Below are positions 37,525-52,000 of a stretch of DNA of 64,000 nt, piece by piece (the stretch's first letter is position 1; each line of letters opens with the position of its first letter). A model generated the notes under the pieces. The model was not told where the DNA came from, ran no database searches, and saw only the letters and a program-made list of their open reading frames with translations. The DNA is from Paragordius varius. Lineage: Eukaryota; Animalia; Nematomorpha. The position numbers and the translations under genes are program-made. The DNA lies in contig OZ176056.1 in the NCBI GenBank assembly GCA_964247055.1, forward strand, positions 7,440,001-7,504,000, read 5' to 3'.

Positions 37525-39621
37525 GCTTTCTTCCAAATAAATAGACGCAAATTTCATCTACGCACGTAGTTTAGTTTTATGCACATTTTTATATAGGTTT
37601 AGTGTAGATATTTATTGGAATAAATTTTATATATCTAACACTTCAAAATAATATATCAAATCTTGATACTTCAATTATGATTATGTTTATATACAAAAAG
37701 GGTTGACTCAAAAATAATTATTGTACGTGCAAACATATAAAATCAAATCTGATATAGCATTGGTTTTGAGATTTATGACAACTATAATTTTTTCATATTT
37801 TATTATCTTTTAAAAGCTTAATCGTATATATGGGTAAATTTTAAAAATTTGTGAGATAAAAACGAAATTTATATTTATAAGGATTCTAATAGTCACTTTA
37901 GTTTTGAGACTTATGAGTGATATAAGAAAGTTATCAGTTGTGTTATCGTAAAATCGAAAAATTAGCTCACAAATGCGTCCAAAATCGGGAAGTGTAAAAA
38001 TACCGAGGGATAAAATATTAAATATGATAGTTTGTATAAGGATTCTCATGGTGCATTTGGTTTTGGGGCATAAGAGAAGAAAGTATTTGCATTTTTTTGG
38101 TAATTGTTCGATATAACAAAATCGCAAAATCAGCGCACATTCTGTTTAATAAATTTTTTGGTAGAAGATAAAGCTTTGATTCAAAAAATATCGTTTAAAA
38201 TATATGATATACTATATTTAAGACAATATACACGCAAAGATGCCGAGATATCGCAATGAAAAATTTTAATATATGGTAGATCAGTGATATTCATCAAAAA
38301 TTAAAAACCGCAATTTTTTTATCCCTTATCGATGGGCCGTGCCCTATATAATACCGGTAAAATATTCACAGATGTTAACACATTTGCAGAACTTAAATCA
38401 TTAAAAATCAATTTATCACCATAAAAAAGCATATTTAGAGCAGCGCGTGGCTCCTGGACAGCGAATTGATCACTGTGCTAGTTTCCAAAATCAAAAACAC
38501 ATGTTGTGAAAAAATGCATACTTTTTTAAAAAATTGCATATTTTTTTAAAATCAATTTTTTTGTTTGGTGAAAGTTCAAGCTTCATTCAAAAAATATCAC
38601 TAAAATATTAATAAAAAGTTTTTATTTGCTTAAGAAGATAAAATAATAAAATATTTATTGGAATGGCAAATTTAAAATATAGTATCATAGTACTAGTTTC
38701 GAAATCTTTAAAAGGATTTTATTATCAACTGATATATGAGTGTATATAATTAATCTGATAAAAATTATAATATCTAAAATGTTGTAAAAATTATTATTAC
38801 ATAAAAGAGCTTGCATTGGTTTGCTTAGATACAATTTATTTAACTTTAAAATATAAGCCCTATTATAATAAAACTTTCCACGATGGATTTATTATATATC
38901 TATCGTTCCGGTTTAGATTATTATCTTTATATTTTTATAAGTTTCAAATAATTCGATCTTTATAATTACTAATATTAATACAAGTCGCATTGTTTAAATC
39001 AATTTGATGATAAAAATCTAACTCATGTTTTATAGCACTGTTTTAAATATTGGAGTTTTTTAATGCTTTTGTTTATTTATTTTTGTACTTATTTTTCTGC
39101 CGGTTTGTTTCACGATCCCTCAGTGTCAGCTTTGTGTTCGTTTTTAAAATTTTTCTATTTCCCTGGTTTAAAACCAACTTTGATGTTAAATTTTTACAAA
39201 TATTGGCGATCTGTTACATTATTTATGTATGGAAGTGAAATAATTTTTGTAATAGTATAGGTTGGAGTTTTGTTATATCTATTCTTTTCCCTACTTGAAT
39301 GTCTTTATTATTATTATTTGGAAAGTTTTATTATAATTAGGCCTATCATATATTAAATATTATTTAAATTGTATCTGAGCTAACAATGGCTATTTTATGT
39401 AATAATAATTTCAACATTTTAATTATTATAGTTTTTTATCTTATATCCTTTTAGAGATTTCGAAACTAGTCCTGTGATAATATTTTTTAAATTTGTATTA
39501 TTTTATCACTAAAATAAATTACTATAAATATAATAAAAAACAACATTTTCAAAAAATGTAAATTTTAAATGTAGACTCCTCCGAACCTAAATTTTTTAAC
39601 TTTTATGAAATGAGTTACTAC

Positions 39622-40948
39622 TAGGGTTGTGATAGGGGGTCCGACCTAGGTCATACCATATGTTATTGCCAATAATAAATAACTACATACATATATAATT
39701 GATTGAATCACATAAAAAAGGTTTTTACATAAAGTATATATTTTTTAAAAATTATATTTTCATCAATTCTGATAAAAATTTCTAAAATTAACGATCTTTC
39801 CTGGAATCATACATAAAGACTTATAAAAAGTTTCAAATCGCAGAAAGCTAAAAGCAACGAGAAAATATGGATTTATTGAAACCTATTTATGCTCTAATTA
39901 TTTAGATTGTGTAAGTCCATGAACTTAACGTTAACTTGGAATGGTTCAAAGTTTTTATTTTTTATACGATTTATTAGATTTAATATATAACCGTGCTCAC
40001 TACATTTAAAATTTCAGTAATCTTATTAAGTTTAATATATTCTTTGATCAAATTATTTAAAATATGACATTGGCATTTATGCCATATTATATTAGGATAT
40101 TCTTTATTAATCAATTCAGCAGCCTACATGTTCGCTGCATTATCGGTCACAATGGCATTAATTTTTTAAATTTTGTATTTCGTTTATAATTGGTTATATT
40201 ATGTTATAGATATATTCGGCAGTCTTACTATGATAAGGTGTATCAATAGTTAATAAAAAATGATTTTTGGGATCCTTCAATAAATAATATTAATTCGCTC
40301 CCTACGAATATTGATAAAGGGATCGACGATTAATGAATATTTTTTTACATATTCCAATAACTTCTATTTTTATATCTTCATAACATGTATCTAGTAATTT
40401 ATTAGACTCTGTTTTCTATTTGGAATAGCATAATTAGGTTTAAACTATAATGAAACTCCGTAAACTATGTTGAGAGTTGAGGATGTAAAAATAAATTTTG
40501 CTGAATGTTTCTGGCTATTTTCTCTTGAAAACAGAAATTTTTAAGAATAAAATTAAGAAACTATTAGCTTGCTTTCGACCATCACCTTCTGTCATATAAT
40601 TTATTTTATGAACTTCTTTTAGATGTTTCTTCATTCGGTTTTTATTTAAATATATATATATTGTAATTGCATTTCTTGAATCTAACTTGAATTTTTTTAA
40701 TCGAAAATTTCCACAAGGCTGATTTTATTATGATTTAAGAAGAAAAGATGTGTATCATATGATATTTAAAACAAAATAATACATATATAGATAATATAAG
40801 GTTTTGTTTTACTAAAAATCGTAAAATTAAAAAAATAAAAAATTTAAAAAAATAAAAAAATTGACCTAGGTCATTTTTTTTCGTGGTCATGACCATGGTC
40901 ATGACCTAGGTCATGACCCTAGGTCATTGACTAATGGGCACAACCCTA
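39622..40948 (-). mobile_element. Internally deleted hAT transposon with a transposase pseudogene fragment
   Basis: TAGGGTTGTG...CACAACCCTA TIRs and a perfect 8-bp TSD GTTACTAC. Minus strand ~40160-40030 reads AIVTDNAANM*AAELINKEYPNIIWHKCQCHILNNLIKE (hAT D-N-A / CxxH motifs). Confidence 0.92.
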
Positions 40949-41767
40949 GTTACTACTCTTAAAACAAACGCAAAATGCTGATGTACGATAAAAATTAATA
41001 TATTCTAAATTATGTAATCAATTAAAAATAATATTTAAATGAATTATTGAAGCATATTACATATTGTCTTACATACTGGAAACGGAAAACACTCTAAGAT
41101 ATAATAAAAACACCTATGTTCAATTCGATGATGCTTTTCTATCGCTTCAGAAATATAATATTAAAATCATGTCTAAAGATTTGATGGATTTTTGTAAAAA
41201 ACTACCATTTTTAACATAAATCTGAAGACGAACGAATATCTTTATCTAAATTTGATGTAAAAAAAATGTTCAACACCGTGAATTATGAAAGAATTTTTTT
41301 AAAATGCCTTAAGGCGTTTTTTACCGTATCCATTACGCCTAAAAATGGATTGAATTATGCTTGAACATAACTTTGCTAAAATAAAATTTTTGAAAAATGT
41401 ATGCACCTTATTAAAGATATTTTAGTTGATATTAAAATATAGCATATTTGTAAAATTTATATCGCGATTCTCGGAATTTTTGCTTTTTTCTAAGAGGTTA
41501 ACATTAGCCCATTTTAGTAAAAAAAATTGGGATTTTCGGAGCCCTCATCATTAATTTTTGGAAAATATCGTTTTGTTTATAATATGTAGGTTATAATATA
41601 TTCTAGTATAATTTTTTGCAATCGAGCATATGTCTCACCAAAAAAAATTATTAAAAATATGTGCACAAATTTTGCCATTTTCTGATATGGACCACTTACC
41701 ACAAAAGTGTTAATAGCTTTTTTAAATCACTGGTAAGGGCCACAAAAGGCAACATGATGCAATCTCA

Positions 41768-41806
<39 letters not shown>

Positions 41807-42341
41807 CAAATTTTATTTTGTGGACGCTGTAATATGTGATCCAACAGCTTATTTTAAATTTAAGCTTTTTAACGCTATTTTATTTTCAACCAGCAGAAGT
41901 TTAACCATCAAACAATGATTTCCCCAAGACTGAAACTTTGTAATTTAAATTAAATAATATTAAAATAACCAATAATTAAATAACAGTGATTATTATGTTT
42001 AATAATATAAAATTAAGGTTTCTCCAAATATTTCCTCCTCCAATTTCTACGGCGTTGCTCCCCCCTGGTAACTGCTATAAAGGATATCCGTCGTCGGCAT
42101 TATATAAGTTTTTTTATTTAATACAGAACAATATTCGACAAACAAATATATAATAGTATTAGCTCTAAAAATTTGGAAACAAAACTAACAAATTAAAATA
42201 TTATAAACATTTTAGCAGTAATAAGCATGCAATTTAAATATAATACATATGATAACATATTGAAATCCGTCACGGCCCTCATAACTAAGCGCTTCAAAAA
42301 TAAATTTAATTTTTTTAAAAAAGTTTTTGAGGCCAACCAAT

Positions 42342-43832
42342 ATGGATGAAGAGAGTCAGCGAAATTACAATGCACTAAAATCTTTACGCTTAAGTTTTTT
42401 TTATTTATTTAAATACAGAAAATATCAATAATCAGAATGCTTCAAATAAGGATCTCGGTATTAACACAAATATCACAGATAAACTTAGCCTTGACTTTAT
42501 ACAAAAAAATAACCAAGGTATAAAGTTTCTTAATAATATTGAATTATAATTTAAAATAATTATTCATCGGTTTTTAATGTTTCAATTTAGAATCAACACC
42601 AAACTCGCAACAATATCTTATGGATATAATACATGAAAAATCTGTAGATTCAAATTTTTCTTTACCCAACAGTCCATATCACACACGATATAATACCAGA
42701 TCTAGTTAGAATAATTAATTTTTGTGTCTCACCCTTTTTTTAAGAATTTATAAAAATGTTATCAAATAACATAATAATTAATTTTTAAAATGATTTTTAT
42801 AATTCATAAAATACTCTTTATATATTTAGAACGCATATATGAGGAAGATTTTTGTGACATCGAAACCAATCAACTTTTTAATCCTACATCTCTTTATAAT
42901 GGTATTTTATCAAATTTTTAATTGAAAAAAAAAACGGCTTTGGGTTGTTTAAGTAAAATTTTTCTAAATCCGATTTGGCTTTAAAAAAAATTTTTCCAAA
43001 ATATAACCAAGATTTAGGTTGATAAGTTAAGGCTTCAGCAAGTTTTTTTTCGATATTTAAGTCGTTTTAATTTTTTTATTATTATTAAAAGAATAAAAGT
43101 TTATAATTATAAACATATATTAACCTAAATTTAGATGTATCTTATATATTAAAACCTTAAATTTGAAAATGGGATAAAAGATTAAAGTATTTTATTCAAA
43201 AGAATTTTTTGTACCCCTAAAACAAAATCCAAAAATCCATAATTTTTACCTTTTCATAAACGGTTTTTAAATTATTTCAAAAATGTAATTAATTTTACAT
43301 TTTTATATATAGGTGACACTCAAACTACCTTAAATCAAACAGTTGCAAATAGTAATGGTTTAAATTTTAATAAGGATCACCATCTTCAAAATAAGGATAA
43401 AACAATTAAAAATGATAATTTTGAAGGGGAAAAAGTGTTGATAGATTCTCACGTTTATGTTAAACAACGCAAACATATCTCAAGGCCATACTACACTAAA
43501 ACCGTGTATTACAGGTAATTTTTTTTTTAAAAAAATAAAATTATTTTCATTGGGAATCGTAAAGTCTTTTAGAATATATATAAGGGCGTTTTTTTTGGAT
43601 CGAAAAACTAGTTTTTATAAAATTTATCGAATTATAATATAATTGAAGTTGAAAATTGAGGAAAAAAATTAATTTTTACCAGCTATTTTTGAACTATTAC
43701 TTTTTATAATAGTTATGGAGTATTAATGGTTGCTTATTTCACACTATAGCAGGACGATTTGTAACACAGTAGTGTAAAATAAGCAACCATTAAAATGCAT
43801 ACTGTATATATAAGTGATTCTAAAAACATTAC

Positions 43833-43878
<46 letters not shown>

Positions 43879-46005
43879 TTATAAATTTGTGAAAAATATA
43901 ATCTGAAACTGAAAATTCGATATATATATATAATGGAATTTGGGGAATTAACTTTAAAAAGTAATTTATTTAATGAAAACAACAAATATTAATCAATCTA
44001 ACATATAATAAATACTTATTTAAATCTAAATTTTTCAGCGGCCTATTTCAATTTTTATCATTGTAGCGTTTTTTTTCAGTCAAGAAGTTTAATATGTTAT
44101 AGATGGTTATGTGGAAAAATTAATATCAAGAAACCACCCCTTTAATAAATGTTAAGATTGTTAATAACATACAGTAAAAACTGAATTATACGGACAAAAC
44201 GTAAAAATATAAAGACAAATATTTTTTAACCATATTTGTTTAAATCTAAATTTTTCCGATATAAATGTTTTATTTAGAATTATAAAATATATGATTGACT
44301 TTTTACCGATATATATCTCTATTCTATACTTGAAATTTCTAACAATTATTTATTTAAAAAATAAATAAAAAAGTATGGTTGTCTTTTAAATAAAAATATT
44401 TGTCTTTACATTTTTACGTTTTGTCCGTATAATTTCAATTTTTACTGTATTAATCGATTGATTTTAGCAAAAAAATTAATTTTTTTGATCTATTTCATAA
44501 ATTTTTTATTTATTAAAAAAGTTTAAATAATTTTTTTGTCTTTATATAAAAATAAATTATATTTAGGTGTCAAGATATGGCCTGTCCAGGCAGTTGTAAA
44601 ATTTTAGCTGATGGTGACATTTTTTTCATAAAACCTCATGTTAGCTCATGTACTGCCGTTCAAAATGAAGGTTTTTGATATTTGATAATTTAAATTTTTA
44701 AAATAGATAGATTTTTTTATTAAGTATAAATGTTTTTTATTTGAGTCTAGTTTTGTTATTAAATACAATTGTTTTATTTTTAAAATTATTTTTAATTGAG
44801 TTTTAAGCAGTTTTTTACGAATTTTAAGGAATAATTTATGTGCAAAACTGAAAAAAGTGTTTCCTTTTGAATCCTATCGTATTGTCGTGTTTTTTTATAA
44901 AATATATTACGCTGTTAATAAAAAAAAATTATTTTTTGATATATTTACTATGTTAATCAAAAAAATATCTTATTTTATTGTTAAAACCATTATATGCAAT
45001 TAATAATTTTTTTTTTAAATTTTTCATCTAAATTTCAGATCTAAATGAACCAGAATTAATTCATGATGCCATTTTATTCAATGGTGATATCAATTTAATA
45101 GCCGGCTTGAGATTATATCAAAAATTCCATGTAAATCGGGAAGGACAAATCTTTTATAAATGCAATAATGATCCGTGCAATGGACAGGGAACTCTGCAAA
45201 GTATGGCGTGCGCCTATTTTTAAAATTTATTTTAATTTTTATAAAATTGCAGAAATTTTGAGTGTTTTTTAGATGTATGTTAGATGTTAAGGACTATTTT
45301 ATTAATATACCATTTACAGTTCAAATTCACTCTTGAACAATTTAAATTCACCCTCAAATTAATAACCTTTTTTTTAATATTAAAAATTACCTATATTTTA
45401 ATATATTTTTAAAAAATAAAATTTTGTTTTAAATTAAGATAATACTGAAAAAAATAATAAATTATGCCATAAAGATATATTTTATATTAATAATGAGTTA
45501 TATTATATCGAAAACAAATTTATTTTTAGGGTGAATTTGAATTGTTCAAGAGTGAATATGAATTGTTTAAGGGTGAATTTGAATTGTTTAAGGGTGAATT
45601 TGAATTGTTTAAGGGTGAATTTGAACTGTAAATGGTATATGTTATAATCTTTTGCAATACTAAATGCGATAATTGCCCTTGTATATGGTTATTAAAATTA
45701 TATTTAATTTTTTAACTTTTTAGACAAATGTCAAAATTTTATTAAATTTTTTAATAAATGCAACAATGTCCCTTGTATCGGACACAGGGTACCCTAGGGC
45801 GCTATCAAAATTATATTATTTACTACAAACCTTAAAAATATTTTATAAATACACTTTTTGTAGCCGGTATATTTATATTTATAATAACGATTTTTCCAAA
45901 ATAATGCGTTTTTTTCCACCTTTGATTTTGAAATTGTTGCACTATATATATGTTGCAAAAGTATTAATGTGTAGTAGTAAAAAGATTTTATTCACATACT
46001 AAGTT

Positions 46006-46038
<33 letters not shown>

Positions 46039-49000
46039 TACTTAAAAAAATTTTCGAAAAAAGAATTAACTGTTATTATTTTATTAAAATATGTATGTAC
46101 GTAGATTTTATATTATAAAAAATTTCCCGCATATACATTGTATTTGAAAGTATGGTCTTTAGAGTTTAAATATGCATAATTTTTTTTGGAAAAAAAAGCT
46201 TTAATTTATTATATAAAGGTATAGTCCATACCAAACTTTATACCTGGATATTAAAAACTTAAAATTTTGATTAGTGTTTAGATGCTAGTTATGCGCTAAT
46301 TTTAGAAAAAAAGGGGATTCATTACAAATAAAATTTATTTTATTGGCGTCTATGATGAACAGCCTAAAATGTTTTTACCATCCATCTATTTCCATGTGCT
46401 AGAATTATGAAAATAAGCAACTTTACTCCCAAAAAAATTTTAAGTTTCGTCATTTTAGTGGGTATTAGATATGTCTACTTTGAATGGTTAAAGTAGGGTT
46501 AATATAATTTGGATTAACTCTTAAAACATTTTCTTTTTTAATTTTTGTTATAAATCACGATTGATTATAATTCTGGCTATTTGGGGGATGTAATGGAGTT
46601 TTTGTGGAAATACGCTTTAATAATTATAATGATTCTACAATTTGAAACATTTTTAATTAATAATTATTTTTTTTCACTTTAAAATAATTGGTTATGTTTT
46701 TCCTGGATTCATAACATAATATTTATATAATTTTTTACAGTAATTATGGTTTACATAGGATGTTGGTAAAAAAGTATATGTTTAATATTACCAAATATTA
46801 ACATTTAAAACAATAGATATAAAACGCGTAAACATAAGATATACCATTTGCACTTCAAGGGTGTCCTCGAACACTTCAAGTTGGTCCTTGAACATTTCAA
46901 GTCCTTGAACAATTCAAGTTGGTCCTTAAAATTATTAAATTTTGATTTAACCATAATTTTTGCATTTATTTTTTTATTTATTAATTATTAACCTAATTTT
47001 CTTTATTTATTATTTTTATTCATTTAAAAATTAAATTTTTTATTGAAAAACCACTTTTTTGTTTCAAACTATTTTTTTCAATTGAACAAATTATTGACCC
47101 TTAAATGTTTTAAATGAAAAATTTTTATTAATAACCCAGAAAACTTATGTATTTTTTCATTTCGTGTTAAAATCTTATAAATATCCAAAATTATTTTAAG
47201 AAATTAATAAAGATATACGGTTTCTCAAAGATTAAAAGTTGATATCGATTTAAAATTTATGTTTAATAATAGAAAATAGGTTAAAAACAATAAAATAGAT
47301 GAATTATTTACGATTTGATTGATAAAAGTTAAAAACAAAACAAAAAATTCAAACTTGAAGTGTTCAAGGACCAACTTGAAGGGTTCAAGGACCAACTTGA
47401 AATGTTCAAGGACCAACTTGAAGTGTTTAAGGACCAACTTCAATTGTTTAAGACTTGAAGTGTTTAAGGACACTCTTGAAGTGCAAATGGTATATATACC
47501 ACCTTCAAAATTGTGGTATATGAAAAGACAATATTATGATTTTGGTGTTTTAGAATCCTATGCGATACGAATTTGTCTTTATTAAAAATAAATAGTTAGT
47601 TAAAGACTAATTTAATATTTACATTTTAAAACTACTTTTTGCTATAGCATTAGCTATACCCCTGTCGAATGATAAAGTCGAATTAAAATTACGTCTTATA
47701 CATGAACATTCCGATTTTTGTCCAGAGATTCCAGAACTTTCCACATATTTCCCACAATCTAAAAACGATGAATGTAATTTAAATCATGGTAAACGGGGAG
47801 TTATAAAACAGCCATCTAATTTTGAAAATGGTCCTGTATTATCAAAAAATAAATTTGGAAATATTGAACCTAATACATTATTACAAAATGAACAATTTTT
47901 AAACGATAAAACCATTTCAGATGTGCATTACAAAGCTCTTGGCAACACTCAAATGAATCTTAATGCAGAAATAAAGTCAGAATTTTTTGTTAGCCTATCA
48001 TTACTTCATGCGTTGGATATATCTTTTATACCCTCTAATAATAATAATAATGTTGAACATAATTTTAATCAAAACACCGATTTACATTTCACTATAGGAC
48101 AAACCCAATTTAGGATTAATAATCGAAATATTATCCAAGAATCAAATACATTACTCCTCCTAAGTCAACATTTTAATGAAATTTTTAACATAGTTGATGG
48201 TGGAAAAGATCAACAGTTATTAACAACAACATTTGATTTTATAACATCTTTCAAACATATTTTACATTACATTTCAACCGCCGTTTTTAATGCCCAACAA
48301 GGGGGGACCCTTGAAAAAAACTTAAATGATGAAGCTTTTGAAGAAAATTATAGAAAAATTTTACGTCTCATAGATTGTAGACTTCTTAAGTCTTTAATTA
48401 ACCCAGCATTGGAACAAAGAGAAGCATGTATTAAATTTTTTATATATAAAATTTTATTTTCAAATATATAGCGAACAACTTAAATTTTAATGCATTTAGC
48501 TATCCTTATTTGACAATATTTTTCCAAATAAAACTTGTTAAATTTACATTTTTCTTTTCCAGTAAAAATTAATATTATAGGGAAACAAAATGTAAAAATA
48601 TAAAGACAAATAGTTTTTTAAAAAGACAACTTATACTTTATATCTTTTGATATTTTAAATAAAACTCATTGATTAAATATTGTAAAGTAAGAAATAGAGA
48701 TGGATATGTAGGTAATACAATCAATTATATATTTTTCGATTGAAATTAATTGATTTTTATAGGATAAATTAAGGTTTAAAAAAGTATGATGAAAAAAAAT
48801 GATTTTTGTCTTTATATTTTTACATTTTGTTCGTGTATAATTTCAATTTTTACTGTAAATATTAGATTGGGGTGTTTATAATTTTAGTGCAATTAAAAGT
48901 TTTATTTTGACATAAAAAATATTAATTTTGATAAAAAATGAAGTTTTTTTTTTCAAATTGAATAATTTTGGAAACGATTGAATATATATATATATATATA

Positions 49001-52000
49001 TATATTTTAGTTTATATTTTAATTTTATTTTTACGTTTGACAAAGATTACTTGTAGTAATCGAAATATCATAATAAATTTATATAATTTTTGCTGAATTA
49101 TTGCATATATAATAATATATATATATATATACTTTTAGATATTAAACTCCAAGAAAACGACAAAGATTGTGGAATATATTCCCATACTATCCCTCTACAT
49201 ATATTACTTGGTAAATATTTTTCTACTCTTTAGAATTAAACAATAAATTTATAAATGTTTTCTCTAATTTTATTGAAAATTTTTTGAAAAATTTAAACTT
49301 TTTTTACGTGCCATATAATTAGAATCAACTTTTTGCGATGATATATTTTTACCGTTACCCTTGGCAACTACAGGTATCTTTCTTCTCCTATTTTTATAGT
49401 TTGTTTTAAGAAAATTGAACACATTTTTTGCTGTTTTACTGTAAAAATTGAAGTTTTAAGGTCTAAATATAAAGAACATCTATATTTAATCTTTAGCTTC
49501 TGAGTTTCAAAATAAAGAAATAGAGATGTAAATTAATTACATAATTCACAATAGCAATGAAATGGGTTATAAAAAAATAAGAAATTAAAAATATGGGTGG
49601 TTTTGTGAAGAAAAAAAATTGTTACAAAAAAAATTATTTTACCGTGTAATTTTAATTAATACTGTATTAATATAAATATATAGCATCTGAACTCAGGCAC
49701 GCCAGGATATCTATCATTCAGATCCCTGTAGAAAATTTTTTTGATTGCCCTTTAAAAAAATCTCTTTTTACGGAATTATATTCAAATAATATGAATCAAA
49801 TTATGTACATAACTAAACACTTGACTTATGATAACTTTGAATATTGCAAAAACCATTTTGAAACCGCAACTTGTAATGAAGAAAATTCAGATATAAAAAT
49901 CAATCAATATAAAGAAATTATTGAACATTTCAAGTGTCGGGATCGAATGTGCCCAGCCAAAATTAAAGTTTTTCAATCCGATTTCGAAAAATGCGCAGAA
50001 AATTACAATAAATATGAAAATAAAAAAATTGGTTATTTTAAACCAAAGAATAATAAAATTAATGAACATTCAGATAATTGCGTTTTTTCAAAATGTTTGA
50101 CGAGCACACCCAAAATACCTAGGAATGACAATGGTATATAAATTTGAGTTTTTTTTCAAAAAAATAATTTTAAAAAAGATTTAAATGAGAATTTTATATT
50201 ATATTTTATTATTCTTTTTAAATTATGTATAATAGATGAAGCTTTAACTGGTATGGAATCACAAAACCCCAGTAAAAGGAAACGCGGTATTTATTAATAT
50301 TTTTAACATAGAAAATTTTTAAAAAAATGGATCAAAAATGTATGGTAAAATTAATATCAAGGGTAGGATAAATTACTATAGTTTTTTTTACATTCCAAAA
50401 AAGATTTAATTTTATTGATTAGTTTGTGGTAAAAAAATTGTGAGATATTATTTAAAAAGTTACCTAAAGTTTTCTTTAAACGAAAAATATTTCTTTAACA
50501 TACGATCGATGCCTTAAGTTTAACTGATAAAAGACATCCTAATTTTTGATTTAAAAAACGATATACAGTATGCATTTTAATATAGTTGCTTATTTCACAC
50601 GTACTATAGTAGGGCGGACAATTTGTAACACAGTACAGTAGTGTATGGAAAAAAGAAAGGAAACCATTGTTTATTAAACATTTTGTTGTTTTTTCCATAC
50701 ACTACTGTGTTGTTAAACCATTAAAATACATACTGTATTTGGCTAATATTTGTCATAATTTGACCTGAAATTAAATCATATATACCATTTACACTTTAAA
50801 TTTACCCTTAAACCATTTAAATTCACCCTAAGATAAATTGTGTCTTTTTTATGATTAAAAATTACCTTTACCTATATTTTTTCATATTTCTAAAAAATAA
50901 AATTTTATTTGTATTTAAAATAATACTGAAAAAATAATAAATTCAGGTCATAAAGATCTATTTTATATAAATAATGAGAGTTATGTTAGCCCGTAAACAC
51001 ATAATTTTTTTTAGGGTGTGAATTGGTCAAGGGTAAATTTGAATCGTTCGGGAGTGAATATGAATTGTAAATGGTATATATGATATTTATTTAAATATAT
51101 ATTTGATTTTTAAAATTGTTGTCCAATTTTAATTTATCTCTCTTTATATTTTTAGGGCGTCCAAGGGTTAAACCCATATCAGACCATGGTATATATATTA
51201 ATTATATTGTACGAAAATATATTTAATTTAGTCTCTTAACACATATTTTTTTTTAATTTTTTTTATTTTATTTAAAACGAGTGTTTTTATATATCATTTG
51301 CACAAGAGTGTCCTTGAACACTTCAAGTTGGTCCTTGAACATTTCAAGTTGGTCCTTGAACAATTCAAGTTGGTCCTTGAACAATTCAAGTTGGTCCTTA
51401 AACAATTCAAGTTGGTCCTTAAACAATTCAAGTTGGTCCTTGAACAGTTCAAGTTAATCCTTGAACATTTCAAGTTGGTCCTTTGACTTTTTTGCTTTGT
51501 TTTTAACTTTTATCAATCAAATCGTAAATAATTCTATTTTATTGTTTTTAACCTATTTTCTATTATTTAACATAATTTTAAATCGATATCACCTTTTAAT
51601 CTTTGAGAAACCGTATATCTTTATTAATTTTTTAAAATAATTTTGGATATTTATAAGATTTTAACACGAAATGAAAAAATATATAAGTTTTCTGGGTTAT
51701 TAATTAAAATATTTTATTAAAAACATTTAAAAGTCAATAATTTAGTTGAATTGAAAAAAATAGTTTGAAACAAGAAAAGTGGTTTTCAATGAAAAATTCT
51801 ATTTTTAAATGAATAAATATATAATAAATAAAGAAAATTAGGTTAATAAAATATAAAATTAAAAAATAAATGCAAAAATTATGGTTAAATCAAAAAGTAT
51901 AAATTTTAAGGACCAACTTGAAATGTTCAAAGACCAATTTGAAGTGTTCAAGGACCAACTTGAATTGTTTAAGGACCAACTTGAATTGTTTAAGGACCAA

